DNA of 64,000 bases from a phage, in the sequence record PX880101.1. The stretch is one strand, 5' to 3'. How positions within the stretch are numbered: the first letter of the stretch is position 1; every line of letters starts with the position of its first letter. Made by a program: the position numbers and the translations under genes. The notes below the pieces were generated by a model. It was given only the letters and a program-made list of their open reading frames with translations. It had not been told where the DNA came from and searched no databases. Below are positions 47,005 through 54,968 of this stretch, piece by piece.

Positions 47005-47052
47005 GTTTATTTTTAGATGGCCTTGACGCCAGGGCCATCAATAAAGTAAACT
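47005..47052 (+). repeat. promoter-stem-loop cassette (PeSL-like), copy A
   Basis: ttatttttagatggccTTGACgccagggccatcaataaagTAAACT: 7-bp stem gatggcc/ggccatc with the -35 hexamer in the loop, -10 18 nt downstream. Confidence 0.6.
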
Positions 47053-47083
47053 AATCCCAGTTAAGCTAAAAGGAGGCTTGAAG

Positions 47084-47203
47084 ATGAGCACTACACGCCA
47101 GCACACAAAGGTAACTATTATCGTTTGCATCATTGGTTATATCCTGGCGCAAATGTTGATGGGTAGCGCCAACGGTGTCGCAAAATTTTTCTTAAACTTT
47201 TAA
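47084..47203 (+). CDS. small membrane peptide (39 aa)
   Basis: Not in ORF track; strong RBS aaaggagg; hydrophobic core IIVCIIGYILAQMLMG. Confidence 0.4.
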   Translation: MSTTRQHTKVTIIVCIIGYILAQMLMGSANGVAKFFLNF

Positions 47204-47231
47204 TTGACAAGCTAACTTAGATCGGTATACT
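47204..47231 (+). promoter_or_regulatory. sigma70-like early promoter
   Basis: TTGACA-16 nt-TATACT, then leader hairpin gggaaaacttccc. Confidence 0.55.
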
Positions 47232-47281
47232 AAACACATCAACGGGAAAACTTCCCAGAACACACAAAAGGAGAAAACACC

Positions 47282-47623
47282 ATGACCACTATGACCGCCG
47301 CAGAAAAAGCTATTCAGATCGCTGCCCTGAAAAAACAGATCGCAGACCTTGAGAATAAGATCGATAACTTTGAAATCGACGAGGACAAGTACGACGAAAA
47401 CTATGATGAATGGTTAGACGAGATCTACGGCGAAATTATGATCGGAAACATTTCTTTTCTTCCGTCGCGTATCCTCAAGGAGCTAGATCCTATCGCTTAC
47501 CGCTGCGGATTTAGCGACTACATCGACAGCCTGGATATTGAGGACGATGAAGAATACCAGGAATTACAGACAGAGTTGGAAGAAGCAAAAGAAGAGCTTG
47601 CGGAGCTGGAAGAAAACGAGTAA
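47282..47623 (+). CDS. highly acidic protein; candidate DNA-mimic/anti-restriction factor
   Basis: 113 aa with very high Asp/Glu content (…DIEDDEEYQELQTELEEAKEELAELEENE); RBS aaaggag. Confidence 0.5.
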   Translation: MTTMTAAEKAIQIAALKKQIADLENKIDNFEIDEDKYDENYDEWLDEIYGEIMIGNISFLPSRILKELDPIAYRCGFSDYIDSLDIEDDEEYQELQTELEEAKEELAELEENE

Positions 47624-47671
47624 GATTATTTTTAGATGGCCTTGACTCCAGGGCCATCAATAAAGTAAACT
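47624..47671 (+). repeat. promoter-stem-loop cassette (PeSL-like), copy B
   Basis: gattatttttagatggccTTGACTccagggccatcaataaagTAAACT; one mismatch to copy A. Confidence 0.6.
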
Positions 47672-47712
47672 TTATACTGTTAACACTGAACTAATGCATA
47701 GGAGTTAAAACC

Positions 47713-47958
47713 ATGGCAGCACTAATCACTAAATATTACGCCCCTACCAACACCAAAAGCGCCCGTATCATGGTAAAAGGCTTCGGACGTAAAAAGGTTT
47801 ACACCTGGGATTATGCCTTAGACACGGAAGACAACTACACCAACGCGATGACAGATTTTATTAATGAGCTGAACACGCGGATCTTGACAAATTATAAAAT
47901 TACCGATATTGCCTATATAGGGGAAGGCGGGATCTGTTTTGTCGGTATCGTCAAATAA
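47713..47958 (+). CDS. hypothetical protein
   Basis: 81-aa ORF, RBS aggag. Confidence 0.5.
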   Translation: MAALITKYYAPTNTKSARIMVKGFGRKKVYTWDYALDTEDNYTNAMTDFINELNTRILTNYKITDIAYIGEGGICFVGIVK

Positions 47959-48016
47959 ACTGTTTTTTCGGTGGTCCTGGTAGCAGGGCCATCTATAAAG
48001 ATAGTTTATCAATACA

Positions 48017-48388
48017 ATGAAAGGAGAAAGTAACATGATCAGTGGGGCAAGTTTTATTATTGGCGCTATTGCTACGGCTTTAATTGTAAACAAGATCCAA
48101 TCTAAAAACGAAAAAGAGAGCAACGCGCTCACAGAATACCCATTTTGGATATTCAACGACAATGAAGACTACATTATCAAGTACAAGAATGAGAAGGGCG
48201 ACCAGGTAACACCGCGACCGATCCCGGCCTACAAGATGCAAGAAACACTATACCGCCTAAAGGCTGGAGGCGCAAAAATCGTAGACTTTTGGGGATATGA
48301 TTGCAAGGATCAGGAGGTTATAAAACGGCGTATCCGGGCTATTCAGGCCAATATTGAAGTTAGCAAGGGGGGAATATATGAAGATTAA
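48017..48388 (+). CDS. hypothetical protein with N-terminal hydrophobic segment
   Basis: 123 aa, RBS aaaggag; preceded by a degenerate PeSL-like hairpin (47971-48000). Confidence 0.5.
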   Translation: MKGESNMISGASFIIGAIATALIVNKIQSKNEKESNALTEYPFWIFNDNEDYIIKYKNEKGDQVTPRPIPAYKMQETLYRLKAGGAKIVDFWGYDCKDQEVIKRRIRAIQANIEVSKGGIYED

Positions 48389-48575
48389 TTTTGAGAAGAT
48401 TGTAAAGCGATCTCATGATTCCGAAGAGCTGCCGGAACGCCGCCAGCGTAACAATAAACTGAATAAGCCAAAAAGATTTGGGAAGATCTGGCGGAATCAT
48501 TATGATCGTAAATTGCCGGGCCTCCTTTTGGAACGTGAACGGCAGGCGGAACGATACCGCCACAAAGGCAACTAA
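48378..48575 (+). CDS. small basic hypothetical protein
   Basis: ATG 48378 after RBS aagggggg (ORF open from 48354). Confidence 0.4.
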   Translation: MKINFEKIVKRSHDSEELPERRQRNNKLNKPKRFGKIWRNHYDRKLPGLLLERERQAERYRHKGN

Positions 48576-48583
48576 CAACCAAC

Positions 48584-48612
48584 GCCCCGCCATCGTGCGG
48601 GGCTTTTTATTT
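48584..48612 (+). terminator. intrinsic terminator
   Basis: gccccgc-catcgt-gcggggc followed by tttttattt. Confidence 0.65.
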
Positions 48613-48755
48613 CTACCCTACGAATAGCGCCCCTGGTTGGCCCTGTAAGCGCCAAAAAGGCCCCACCTATGCAATCGCCCCCTTTAACCTGAAAACATCG
48701 CTTAGGGCCGTTTTATGGCGTTAAAAATATCATTGACAGTGATTTTATTTAAAGC

Positions 48756-48783
48756 TTGACATCTTAAACAGGTTAGCTATACT
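48756..48783 (+). promoter_or_regulatory. sigma70-like early promoter
   Basis: TTGACA-16 nt-TATACT; a second TTGACA lies 23 nt upstream. Confidence 0.55.
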
Positions 48784-48815
48784 AACCACATCAAAGAGAG
48801 AAAGGAGTAAACGCC

Positions 48816-49076
48816 ATGCGTAAATTAAAAAATTTTGATAAAGTTGATGTTGTCCTGAATAATTTTTACTACTGCAACAACAAGGCCATTTGGTGGCGTG
48901 ATAGTTCCACCGATAAAGTCAAGGCGCGCTTTCTCCAGGGGCACTGGCAAGGCCGCCCAGTGATTAAAATCATGGGGCAATTGGTAGCGTTTAAAAATTG
49001 CCGCCGTGTTGATGACGTTGAGGAGATTTTAAACATTTTGCGCCACAATAATTTAAAAAATAGTGTTGACAAGTAA
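48816..49076 (+). CDS. hypothetical protein
   Basis: 86-aa ORF, RBS aaaggag. Confidence 0.5.
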   Translation: MRKLKNFDKVDVVLNNFYYCNNKAIWWRDSSTDKVKARFLQGHWQGRPVIKIMGQLVAFKNCRRVDDVEEILNILRHNNLKNSVDK

Positions 49077-49093
49077 ATCTCAATAAGTATAAT
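49066..49093 (+). promoter_or_regulatory. sigma70-like early promoter
   Basis: TTGACA-16 nt-TATAAT overlapping the stop of the upstream gene; leader hairpin ggcgggaaaacttaccgcc. Confidence 0.55.
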
Positions 49094-49150
49094 TAAACAC
49101 ACAGGCGGGAAAACTTACCGCCACTAACAAAGAAAACAGGAGAAAATATC

Positions 49151-49774
49151 ATGACCACCGTTAACATTACCACAGGTTACAATTTATCTTTCGACGTGCT
49201 GACCGACGAACAAAAAGAAAAAGCCATTGAAATGGTACGCGAAAGAGAAGAACACAGCGGGGATGACTTTTTTGCAGAAAGTGTAATTGAACACTACAAA
49301 GAATATATCTTTCCAGAGTACGGCCTTGAAGATACCGAAGTACATTGGTCCGGCTTTTGGTGCCAGGGTGACGGCGCGTCAATCAGTGCTGAAAACGTGG
49401 ATTTAGAAAAATTTTTGCGTAAAGTAAAGGCCCTGACCAAGTTCCGATCAATTCGTCACTTGTTCGGCACAATGCACGATGGCGAGTTATCAGCCAGTGT
49501 TGAACGCGACAAGTACAGCCATTACAGCCATGAAAACACTGTAAGCGGATACATTGATACCACCTGGCTAGATCTGACCGCCAAACAAGAAAACAAAGTG
49601 GAAGACCTGGAAGAGCTGATCACCGAGACGGTACGGGAGCTATCCCGCAAGGTTTACGTAGACCTGGAGGAGGCCTATCTAGAACAGTTCACTACCGAAA
49701 ACCTGATCGGCCTTATTGAGGCCAATGATTGGCGGTTTGATGTGGATGAATATGGAGAGATGAGTTTTTCATAA
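49151..49774 (+). CDS. acidic hypothetical protein
   Basis: 207-aa ORF, RBS caggaga; net acidic. Confidence 0.55.
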   Translation: MTTVNITTGYNLSFDVLTDEQKEKAIEMVREREEHSGDDFFAESVIEHYKEYIFPEYGLEDTEVHWSGFWCQGDGASISAENVDLEKFLRKVKALTKFRSIRHLFGTMHDGELSASVERDKYSHYSHENTVSGYIDTTWLDLTAKQENKVEDLEELITETVRELSRKVYVDLEEAYLEQFTTENLIGLIEANDWRFDVDEYGEMSFS

Positions 49775-49782
49775 ATAAAGTG

Positions 49783-49810
49783 TTGCAATAATCTAAAAAC
49801 CTGCTATATT
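49783..49810 (+). promoter_or_regulatory. sigma70-like early promoter
   Basis: TTGCAA-16 nt-TATATT, then leader hairpin ggggcaagacgtttgcccc. Confidence 0.45.
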
Positions 49811-49865
49811 AAAACTCAAGGGGGGGCAAGACGTTTGCCCCACACAAAACAAAGAGGAAAACATT

Positions 49866-50246
49866 ATGAAAAACACTACTAAAGCTATTGACACCGTTAT
49901 GTTTAACCTGGTTACCTTTCGCGAGGATATGAAAGATCTTCCACGTGAAACAGTGTGCGATCACATTGAAAACTATCGCAAACTAATCAAAGAGTTGCCT
50001 TTAAAACGTGACCAGTATGCGGCTAACGCTATGCTCAACGCCATGATCAAAAAGATGATTCAGTGTGATTTAACCCTGGCCTATGATTATGCAGGTGGTC
50101 GTTTTGCAGTATACAATCAGCCCGTGCCTGGTATGAGCACCACCGAAGAATTGCACGCGTTAAATCTGAAACAAGATGTATGGGATAACATGCCCCGCGT
50201 GGTGGTGTGGGCAGAAAGCGGAAAGATTTACGGCGATAATTTTTAA
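49866..50246 (+). CDS. hypothetical protein
   Basis: 126-aa ORF, RBS agaggaaaa. Confidence 0.55.
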   Translation: MKNTTKAIDTVMFNLVTFREDMKDLPRETVCDHIENYRKLIKELPLKRDQYAANAMLNAMIKKMIQCDLTLAYDYAGGRFAVYNQPVPGMSTTEELHALNLKQDVWDNMPRVVVWAESGKIYGDNF

Positions 50247-50256
50247 TCAGGTAACA

Positions 50257-50284
50257 GGCGGCATATTTGCCGCCTTATTGTTAA
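50257..50284 (+). terminator. intrinsic terminator/attenuator
   Basis: ggcggc-atattt-gccgcc followed by ttattgtt. Confidence 0.5.
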
Positions 50285-50310
50285 ACAGAACTGCAAAAGA
50301 GGTACATAGA

Positions 50311-50682
50311 ATGGAATTTATTATTTTGGCTGTAGTAGTTGCCTTGTTCAACGCCTGGATCGCTGGCAAGATAGGTAGATCCGCTTTTCTATGGTTTGTT
50401 ATATCTATTTTCCTGGGAGTGGTTGCAACTATTGTATTGGTTATCCTTGCAATTGTTGACAAGGGCGATAATAGAAAGGGTAAAGTGTTTTCCGACCTGT
50501 ATGACGCACAAACGTTTGTCAACGCCTATTATAGTGATCTTCCAGTCTCCCTACGCTGCAGCCTGGCACAACAGGTTTTTGATGAGGCTAAAACCAGAGA
50601 CCAAGCCCATGAGATATGTTTAACTGAAGCGGATCGCCTATTTGAGAGGAATAGAAAATATGTGGACCAGCCGTTTAAATAA
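50311..50682 (+). CDS. membrane protein with two predicted TM helices
   Basis: ATG 50311 after RBS aaagagg (ORF open from 50176); MEFIILAVVVALFNAWIAG and FLWFVISIFLGVVATIVLVILAIV. Confidence 0.5.
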   Translation: MEFIILAVVVALFNAWIAGKIGRSAFLWFVISIFLGVVATIVLVILAIVDKGDNRKGKVFSDLYDAQTFVNAYYSDLPVSLRCSLAQQVFDEAKTRDQAHEICLTEADRLFERNRKYVDQPFK

Positions 50683-50792
50683 CGCCACGTTAATTAATCC
50701 CTTTAGTGAAGATTTGAAGCCAGCCGCCTGGCGTGACGGATTCAATAACGAACGCTTTATTTTCAGGCCTGATCTTGAGGAATTTTATAACA

Positions 50793-50918
50793 ATGGATCG
50801 AACAACAGCGGAGATAATTTTTCTTGTGGTGTGCGTGGTGATAGGACTCCTGGGGGCCATTGTAAACCACGTCACTACTAACAGGAGGGAAGGGGGAGAC
50901 GATGACAACCAAGGATAA
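50793..50918 (+). CDS. small membrane peptide (41 aa)
   Basis: Hydrophobic core IIFLVVCVVIGLLGAIV; an alternative overlapping frame (50660-50881) cannot be excluded. Confidence 0.25.
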   Translation: MDRTTAEIIFLVVCVVIGLLGAIVNHVTTNRREGGDDDNQG

Positions 50919-51021
50919 GCCATGCGCTGATAAGGTGCGCCGTGTTATGGTATGGCTTGAGATTATCGCCCTTGAAATATTGTTAGGCGTAGGGATGTAC
51001 TTTATCGCTGTAAGTAACTAA
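50902..51021 (+). CDS. small membrane peptide (39 aa)
   Basis: Not in ORF track; RBS aggagggaaggggga; hydrophobic core VMVWLEIIALEILLGVGMYFIAV. Confidence 0.3.
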   Translation: MTTKDKPCADKVRRVMVWLEIIALEILLGVGMYFIAVSN

Positions 51022-51025
51022 GAGC

Positions 51026-51053
51026 GGCCCCCGATCATGGGGGCCTATCTTTT
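51026..51053 (+). terminator. intrinsic terminator
   Basis: ggccccc-gatcat-gggggcc followed by tatctttt. Confidence 0.65.
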
Positions 51054-51075
51054 AAAAAATTTTTCTTCCGGGGTG

Positions 51076-51103
51076 TTGCAATCCGGTCCGGAATGTGGAT
51101 AAT
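51076..51103 (+). promoter_or_regulatory. sigma70-like early promoter
   Basis: TTGCAA-16 nt-GATAAT, then leader hairpin ggggagctaatcccc. Confidence 0.45.
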
Positions 51104-51159
51104 AACAATCAACGGGGAGCTAATCCCCACCACCACAAAAACCAGAAAGGAGAAACAAA

Positions 51160-51360
51160 ATGAGCAACAATATCCGCGTTATTAACTTCAAAAAAGAAGA
51201 AAAAATTGCCGTGCTGATTGACGGTCAAGAAATCTTCAAGGGCGACTATGAAGATCATCAAACGGCGATTAGTATCACTCGCGTGATTGGTTATCATAAT
51301 TTCTACCCCCAAGGCGCTGAGGCAGCAGTTAAACGAATCAAAGAGATTGTAGGCCTGTAA
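51160..51360 (+). CDS. hypothetical protein
   Basis: 66-aa ORF, RBS aaaggaga. Confidence 0.5.
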   Translation: MSNNIRVINFKKEEKIAVLIDGQEIFKGDYEDHQTAISITRVIGYHNFYPQGAEAAVKRIKEIVGL

Positions 51361-51362
51361 AA

Positions 51363-51409
51363 TTTATTTTTAGATGGCCTTGACTTCAGGGCCATCGATA
51401 AAGTAAATT
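51363..51409 (+). repeat. promoter-stem-loop cassette (PeSL-like), copy C
   Basis: tttatttttagatggccTTGACTtcagggccatcgataaagTAAATT; same architecture as copies A and B. Confidence 0.6.
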
Positions 51410-51444
51410 TAAACCCTGTTAAAATACCACGCAGTTAACAAGGA

Positions 51445-51753
51445 GTGATAGACATGTTTATCCAGGCTAATAATCTTTATTTCTTTGATGGTCAGATCGT
51501 AGATGGTGTGGAAGTGGAGATCACCGGGTGCCCTGGCGGTCAGGCTATGACTTTTCGGAATAATGCCTTTGATGATTCTCATATCGTTATGAGAATGGAA
51601 GTTACGAAGCTGGACGACAAGAAAACACTTATTGACTATTCTGTGAAAGATCATCCAGACTACCGCATGATCCATGGTGATTTGTGCATTGTTGACCGTG
51701 ACAAGGTGGGCGGCATTGTGATCGCTATTGTGAACGATGTTTTCTCAAACTAA
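51445..51753 (+). CDS. hypothetical protein
   Basis: 102-aa ORF, RBS aaggag. Confidence 0.5.
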   Translation: MIDMFIQANNLYFFDGQIVDGVEVEITGCPGGQAMTFRNNAFDDSHIVMRMEVTKLDDKKTLIDYSVKDHPDYRMIHGDLCIVDRDKVGGIVIAIVNDVFSN

Positions 51754-51930
51754 TTTCAGCAGGCGATTTTATGAAAGTCAAACTATATTACCTTAATGAG
51801 CTTAACCCCCTTGCCCAGGTCCGCGCCCTAGCTAATACCTTGATTTGTGAGAAATCTGTATATTGTGTTGAGCTTAACACGTCTCAAAGGTGGTTACTTT
51901 GACATCCATGCTGCAATCAACGGCCTGAAT

Positions 51931-52110
51931 ATGGAATTTATACGCTTACGTAACAGCCGCCGGAATCTGGCAAGAATGGAACAAGATCCGGCCCACCTTC
52001 GCAAGCTGGTTATTGAAAATCATCTGATGTTTAATGCCGAGGGGGATTATTACCATTTTCACCGCAAACGCTGGTACCGTGGCGGCAATACAGGCAAGAA
52101 TGCAAAATAA
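51931..52110 (+). CDS. small basic hypothetical protein
   Basis: In frame with ORF 51847-52110; start ambiguous (ATG 51847 or 51931); a 43-aa ORF at 51771-51902 is an alternative neighbour. Confidence 0.35.
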   Translation: MEFIRLRNSRRNLARMEQDPAHLRKLVIENHLMFNAEGDYYHFHRKRWYRGGNTGKNAK

Positions 52111-52147
52111 GGCCCCTAGCAGGGCCTGCAGCAATATAATCACATAA

Positions 52148-52179
52148 AGGCCATGCGGTTGCATGGCCTTTATTATTTT
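52148..52179 (+). terminator. intrinsic terminator
   Basis: aggccatgc-ggtt-gcatggcct followed by ttattatttt; preceded by a second hairpin ggcccctagcagggcc. Confidence 0.65.
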
Positions 52180-52227
52180 GGCGTTACAACGGCATACGGG
52201 GCGCTTAAAAAATTTTTAAAGAAGTAC

Positions 52228-52256
52228 TTGCATCATTCCCGACAATATGGATAATA
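52228..52256 (+). promoter_or_regulatory. sigma70-like early promoter
   Basis: TTGCAT-17 nt-ATAATA, then leader hairpin gggggaggccccc. Confidence 0.45.
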
Positions 52257-52312
52257 AGAGTTGTCGAGGGGGAGGCCCCCAATCGTTGACCAGATAGATA
52301 GGAGTTAAAATC

Positions 52313-52597
52313 ATGGCTATTGTTACCGCTGGCGATGTAGTAGAAATGGAAGCAAAATACTTAAAAGCGGGTATGCACATCCTACGGAATGATCAAGAGT
52401 TATTATTAACGATGGTTGACTATAATCACGGCCAGGATTATCCAAGCATCGACTACTTTTTTGAGTATGTTGATGAAGAGTTGAAAGAGGATGAGGCCTA
52501 TTGCGGTGAGTTCTGCAACTTCTTTTGTCCTGATGAGGTTGTAAAGGTTATTTATCAACCTGGCGTAGCTTTCCCGCTGCACGCTATCAATAAATAA
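52313..52597 (+). CDS. hypothetical protein
   Basis: 94-aa ORF, RBS taggag. Confidence 0.5.
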   Translation: MAIVTAGDVVEMEAKYLKAGMHILRNDQELLLTMVDYNHGQDYPSIDYFFEYVDEELKEDEAYCGEFCNFFCPDEVVKVIYQPGVAFPLHAINK

Positions 52598-52652
52598 ACC
52601 TGGCGGGGCCGAAAAGGCCCCCAATTATGAAAATAAAGAGAGGCAAATCATC

Positions 52653-52886
52653 ATGATGGAACAAATTAAACGCGCCGAGGCTATTAATGGCAACGTGATC
52701 TATTTTGTCAGCAAAAACGAAAAAGGCGTACCATATGCGGCAGTAATAGTACAACCTGACGGCGATTATTGGTTTACTGTGTACGGCGCTTATTCTTTTG
52801 GGCGTCCAGTGCATGATAAAATTTTGAAAGTAGCGAACCCTACCGGGAAGAATATCACAGCAGAAAAATTTTTTGAAAATAGTTGA
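52653..52886 (+). CDS. hypothetical protein
   Basis: 77-aa ORF, RBS agagagg; leader hairpin ggggccgaaaaggcccc. Confidence 0.5.
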   Translation: MMEQIKRAEAINGNVIYFVSKNEKGVPYAAVIVQPDGDYWFTVYGAYSFGRPVHDKILKVANPTGKNITAEKFFENS

Positions 52887-52910
52887 CATGACCATATAAG
52901 ACTGTAATAT
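52883..52910 (+). promoter_or_regulatory. sigma70-like early promoter
   Basis: TTGACA-16 nt-TAATAT; the -35 overlaps the stop codon of the upstream gene. Confidence 0.5.
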
Positions 52911-52961
52911 ATAAATCAAAGGGGGCAACGAACCCCACCAACTACAAAGAGGATAAAAATC

Positions 52962-53141
52962 ATGGCTATTATTGCAAAGACTGAGATCGTAGGCTTAGAT
53001 TCTATTCTCCTCGCATATGAGGAAGCTATAGAAATGTATGTGGTTTCCTATGGTGAGTATATCCGTGAATATAAATCTATTGATCTGGCTTTTGAATGTT
53101 ATATCCGCCAGGTTAATAAAGCGTACGATGATTATCGTTAA
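52962..53141 (+). CDS. small hypothetical protein (59 aa)
   Basis: Not in ORF track; RBS aagagga; downstream of promoter and leader hairpin gggggcaacgaacccc. Confidence 0.45.
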   Translation: MAIIAKTEIVGLDSILLAYEEAIEMYVVSYGEYIREYKSIDLAFECYIRQVNKAYDDYR

Positions 53142-53147
53142 AATAGT

Positions 53148-53177
53148 TTGACAACAGCCATCTTACAAAGCATAATA
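53148..53177 (+). promoter_or_regulatory. sigma70-like early promoter
   Basis: TTGACA-18 nt-ATAATA, then leader hairpin ggcggtggaatggtccgcc. Confidence 0.5.
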
Positions 53178-53228
53178 CATAAGGCGGTGGAATGGTCCGC
53201 CACCTGGAACAAAGAAGAGGTAAACACC

Positions 53229-53474
53229 ATGAAAAGCAATAAAGGTTATAACGGTTACAAAAACAAAACTCATTGGAATGTAAGCCTTTGGATTAATAAC
53301 GATGAGTCATTGTACCGGTTGGCCCAAGGCTTTATTAACGCCAATGCTAATCGTAATGATGCGGCGCGGGATATGATGCTTTTTCTGGAGCTAACCGGAC
53401 AAGATAAGACCCCGGACGGCTTCAAGTACAGCACTACGGCGATCCGTGCCGCGATGGTTGGAATGAAACACTAA
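53229..53474 (+). CDS. hypothetical protein
   Basis: ATG 53229 after RBS aagaggtaa (ORF open from 53148, which would overlap the promoter). Confidence 0.5.
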   Translation: MKSNKGYNGYKNKTHWNVSLWINNDESLYRLAQGFINANANRNDAARDMMLFLELTGQDKTPDGFKYSTTAIRAAMVGMKH

Positions 53475-53665
53475 AAGCACATAGCTGCCTTACCCTGGGG
53501 CTGTGGTAGCGGCCCCATGAATAAGGTTACTAACAGAAGAGAATAAACACCGTGAAACAGAAATTAATCGATGCAGTGATCTTGGTTATTGCCCTGGGTA
53601 TTGGCCTGATTGCAACCATGTCTAATATGATCTTGTCTTCCAACGGTATCTGGTGAGGTTGGCAA

Positions 53666-53881
53666 ATGATCACTAACAAAACAGGCAAAACGGAATTTTT
53701 ACGCAACTTACAGATCGGCAAGCCTGAGATCTGGTACTGCACTAAAACACCGCGTGACGAAATGAAAGACTTCACCGCCACGCTGCAACGGGTAAAGATA
53801 TCTATCACGCAGAAAAAGGCCTTACTAGTGGTGGAAGGGGAGATCCCCCAAACCGTTGTTATAGTTGAGCGTACAGCATAG
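53666..53881 (+). CDS. hypothetical protein
   Basis: 71-aa ORF, RBS gaggttgg; a 34-aa hydrophobic peptide ORF (53551-53655, GTG start) may precede it. Confidence 0.45.
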   Translation: MITNKTGKTEFLRNLQIGKPEIWYCTKTPRDEMKDFTATLQRVKISITQKKALLVVEGEIPQTVVIVERTA

Positions 53882-53972
53882 TTTAATTTATACAGATACC
53901 TGAAAATTAACCAACAAAGCATAAACAGGCGGTTACCGCCGCCTTAAACGTAGCAGAAAGAGGATAGACACA

Positions 53973-54257
53973 ATGAAAAAGATGATCGCAGTGGTTACCC
54001 TGGTTGTTGGACTTAATGCGCCTGTAATGGCTAAAGAGCTGGCAAAAGAGGTTAATCTAACGGATATTCATGCCGTCAATCAAATCGGGGTTACTTATCG
54101 CTTATGCCTTGCCGCTAAAACTTTTAAGGACGGCACAACAGAGTACTACGGATTCGAGGGTATCCGGTGCGGTGAGCTTGCTCGCGACCTTAAGGAAGAT
54201 CCAGACCTGGAGGAACTGCCCATAACCGTGAACGGGAAAACTTACGTGAACCGTTAA
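53973..54257 (+). CDS. secreted/periplasmic small protein
   Basis: 94 aa; signal-peptide-like N-terminus MKKMIAVVTLVVGLNAPVMA; RBS aagagga. Confidence 0.5.
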   Translation: MKKMIAVVTLVVGLNAPVMAKELAKEVNLTDIHAVNQIGVTYRLCLAAKTFKDGTTEYYGFEGIRCGELARDLKEDPDLEELPITVNGKTYVNR

Positions 54258-54259
54258 CC

Positions 54260-54394
54260 ATGAGAAAGATAATTATTACCATGGGGATCGTGGCGGCAAT
54301 GTTGGCGATCTTTCCCTTTATGGTTAGGTATGTGCTGATTAATGTTGTCCTGGTAGTCAGCGATCTGGTGTTATATATTAACTCATTGTTTTAG
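54260..54394 (+). CDS. small membrane peptide (44 aa)
   Basis: Not in ORF track; hydrophobic MGIVAAMLAIFPFMVRYVLINVVLVVSDLVLYI; 2 nt after the upstream stop. Confidence 0.3.
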   Translation: MRKIIITMGIVAAMLAIFPFMVRYVLINVVLVVSDLVLYINSLF

Positions 54395-54402
54395 GCGCGA
54401 TA

Positions 54403-54594
54403 ATGACAGCGGAAGAAGTTAAAAAAGTACTGGCGGTACTGCGTTATCATAATCATTGCAAGGTGAAGAATGATCCTGATTATCTTGATTCATCCCTTGA
54501 AGAGGATACACTACAAGCCATAAGCAACATGCAAGAATTGCTTAAGCGTATGACAGAGAAAAACCGACCGGACTACATAGGGGGTAAAATATGA
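54403..54594 (+). CDS. hypothetical protein
   Basis: 63-aa ORF. Confidence 0.4.
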   Translation: MTAEEVKKVLAVLRYHNHCKVKNDPDYLDSSLEEDTLQAISNMQELLKRMTEKNRPDYIGGKI

Positions 54595-54902
54595 TCGCTA
54601 TTACGCCAACCGTTTTAGATTGGTATCGGCAACGCATAGCGCCTCCGCTGGCTATCTTCAAAGATGCGGAAGCAAAACAACGCCGGATCTCAATACATGA
54701 GATCATCAACCTTAACGCTGGAGGCACACCATACCGCCCAGGACCTGGCCGTGAGATGGACAATACATTGGCGATCCTGAAGATACGCCGTAAACGGTCC
54801 TCCCTTACGCTGGATTCATTACACACAATGCAGTCTCCGTTCCAGGTGACTGGGAAACGGATCGCCAGGTCCTGGACAAAGGCCAATGACCGGACCGTAT
54901 AA
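54591..54902 (+). CDS. basic hypothetical protein
   Basis: 103-aa ORF, 4-nt overlap with upstream gene. Confidence 0.45.
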   Translation: MIAITPTVLDWYRQRIAPPLAIFKDAEAKQRRISIHEIINLNAGGTPYRPGPGREMDNTLAILKIRRKRSSLTLDSLHTMQSPFQVTGKRIARSWTKANDRTV

Positions 54903-54968
54903 ATAAAAAGTGTTTTGGTACTGATTTTGGGGTTGACTTGTTCGGCCCCTTTTGCTATTCTTATTAAA

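Noticed and set aside
50660-50881. 73-aa ORF in an alternative frame to the small membrane peptides
   Set aside because: Overlaps the stop of the upstream gene and the two hydrophobic peptide ORFs; the hydrophobic frames are less likely to arise by chance. Not excluded, and not resolvable without expression data.
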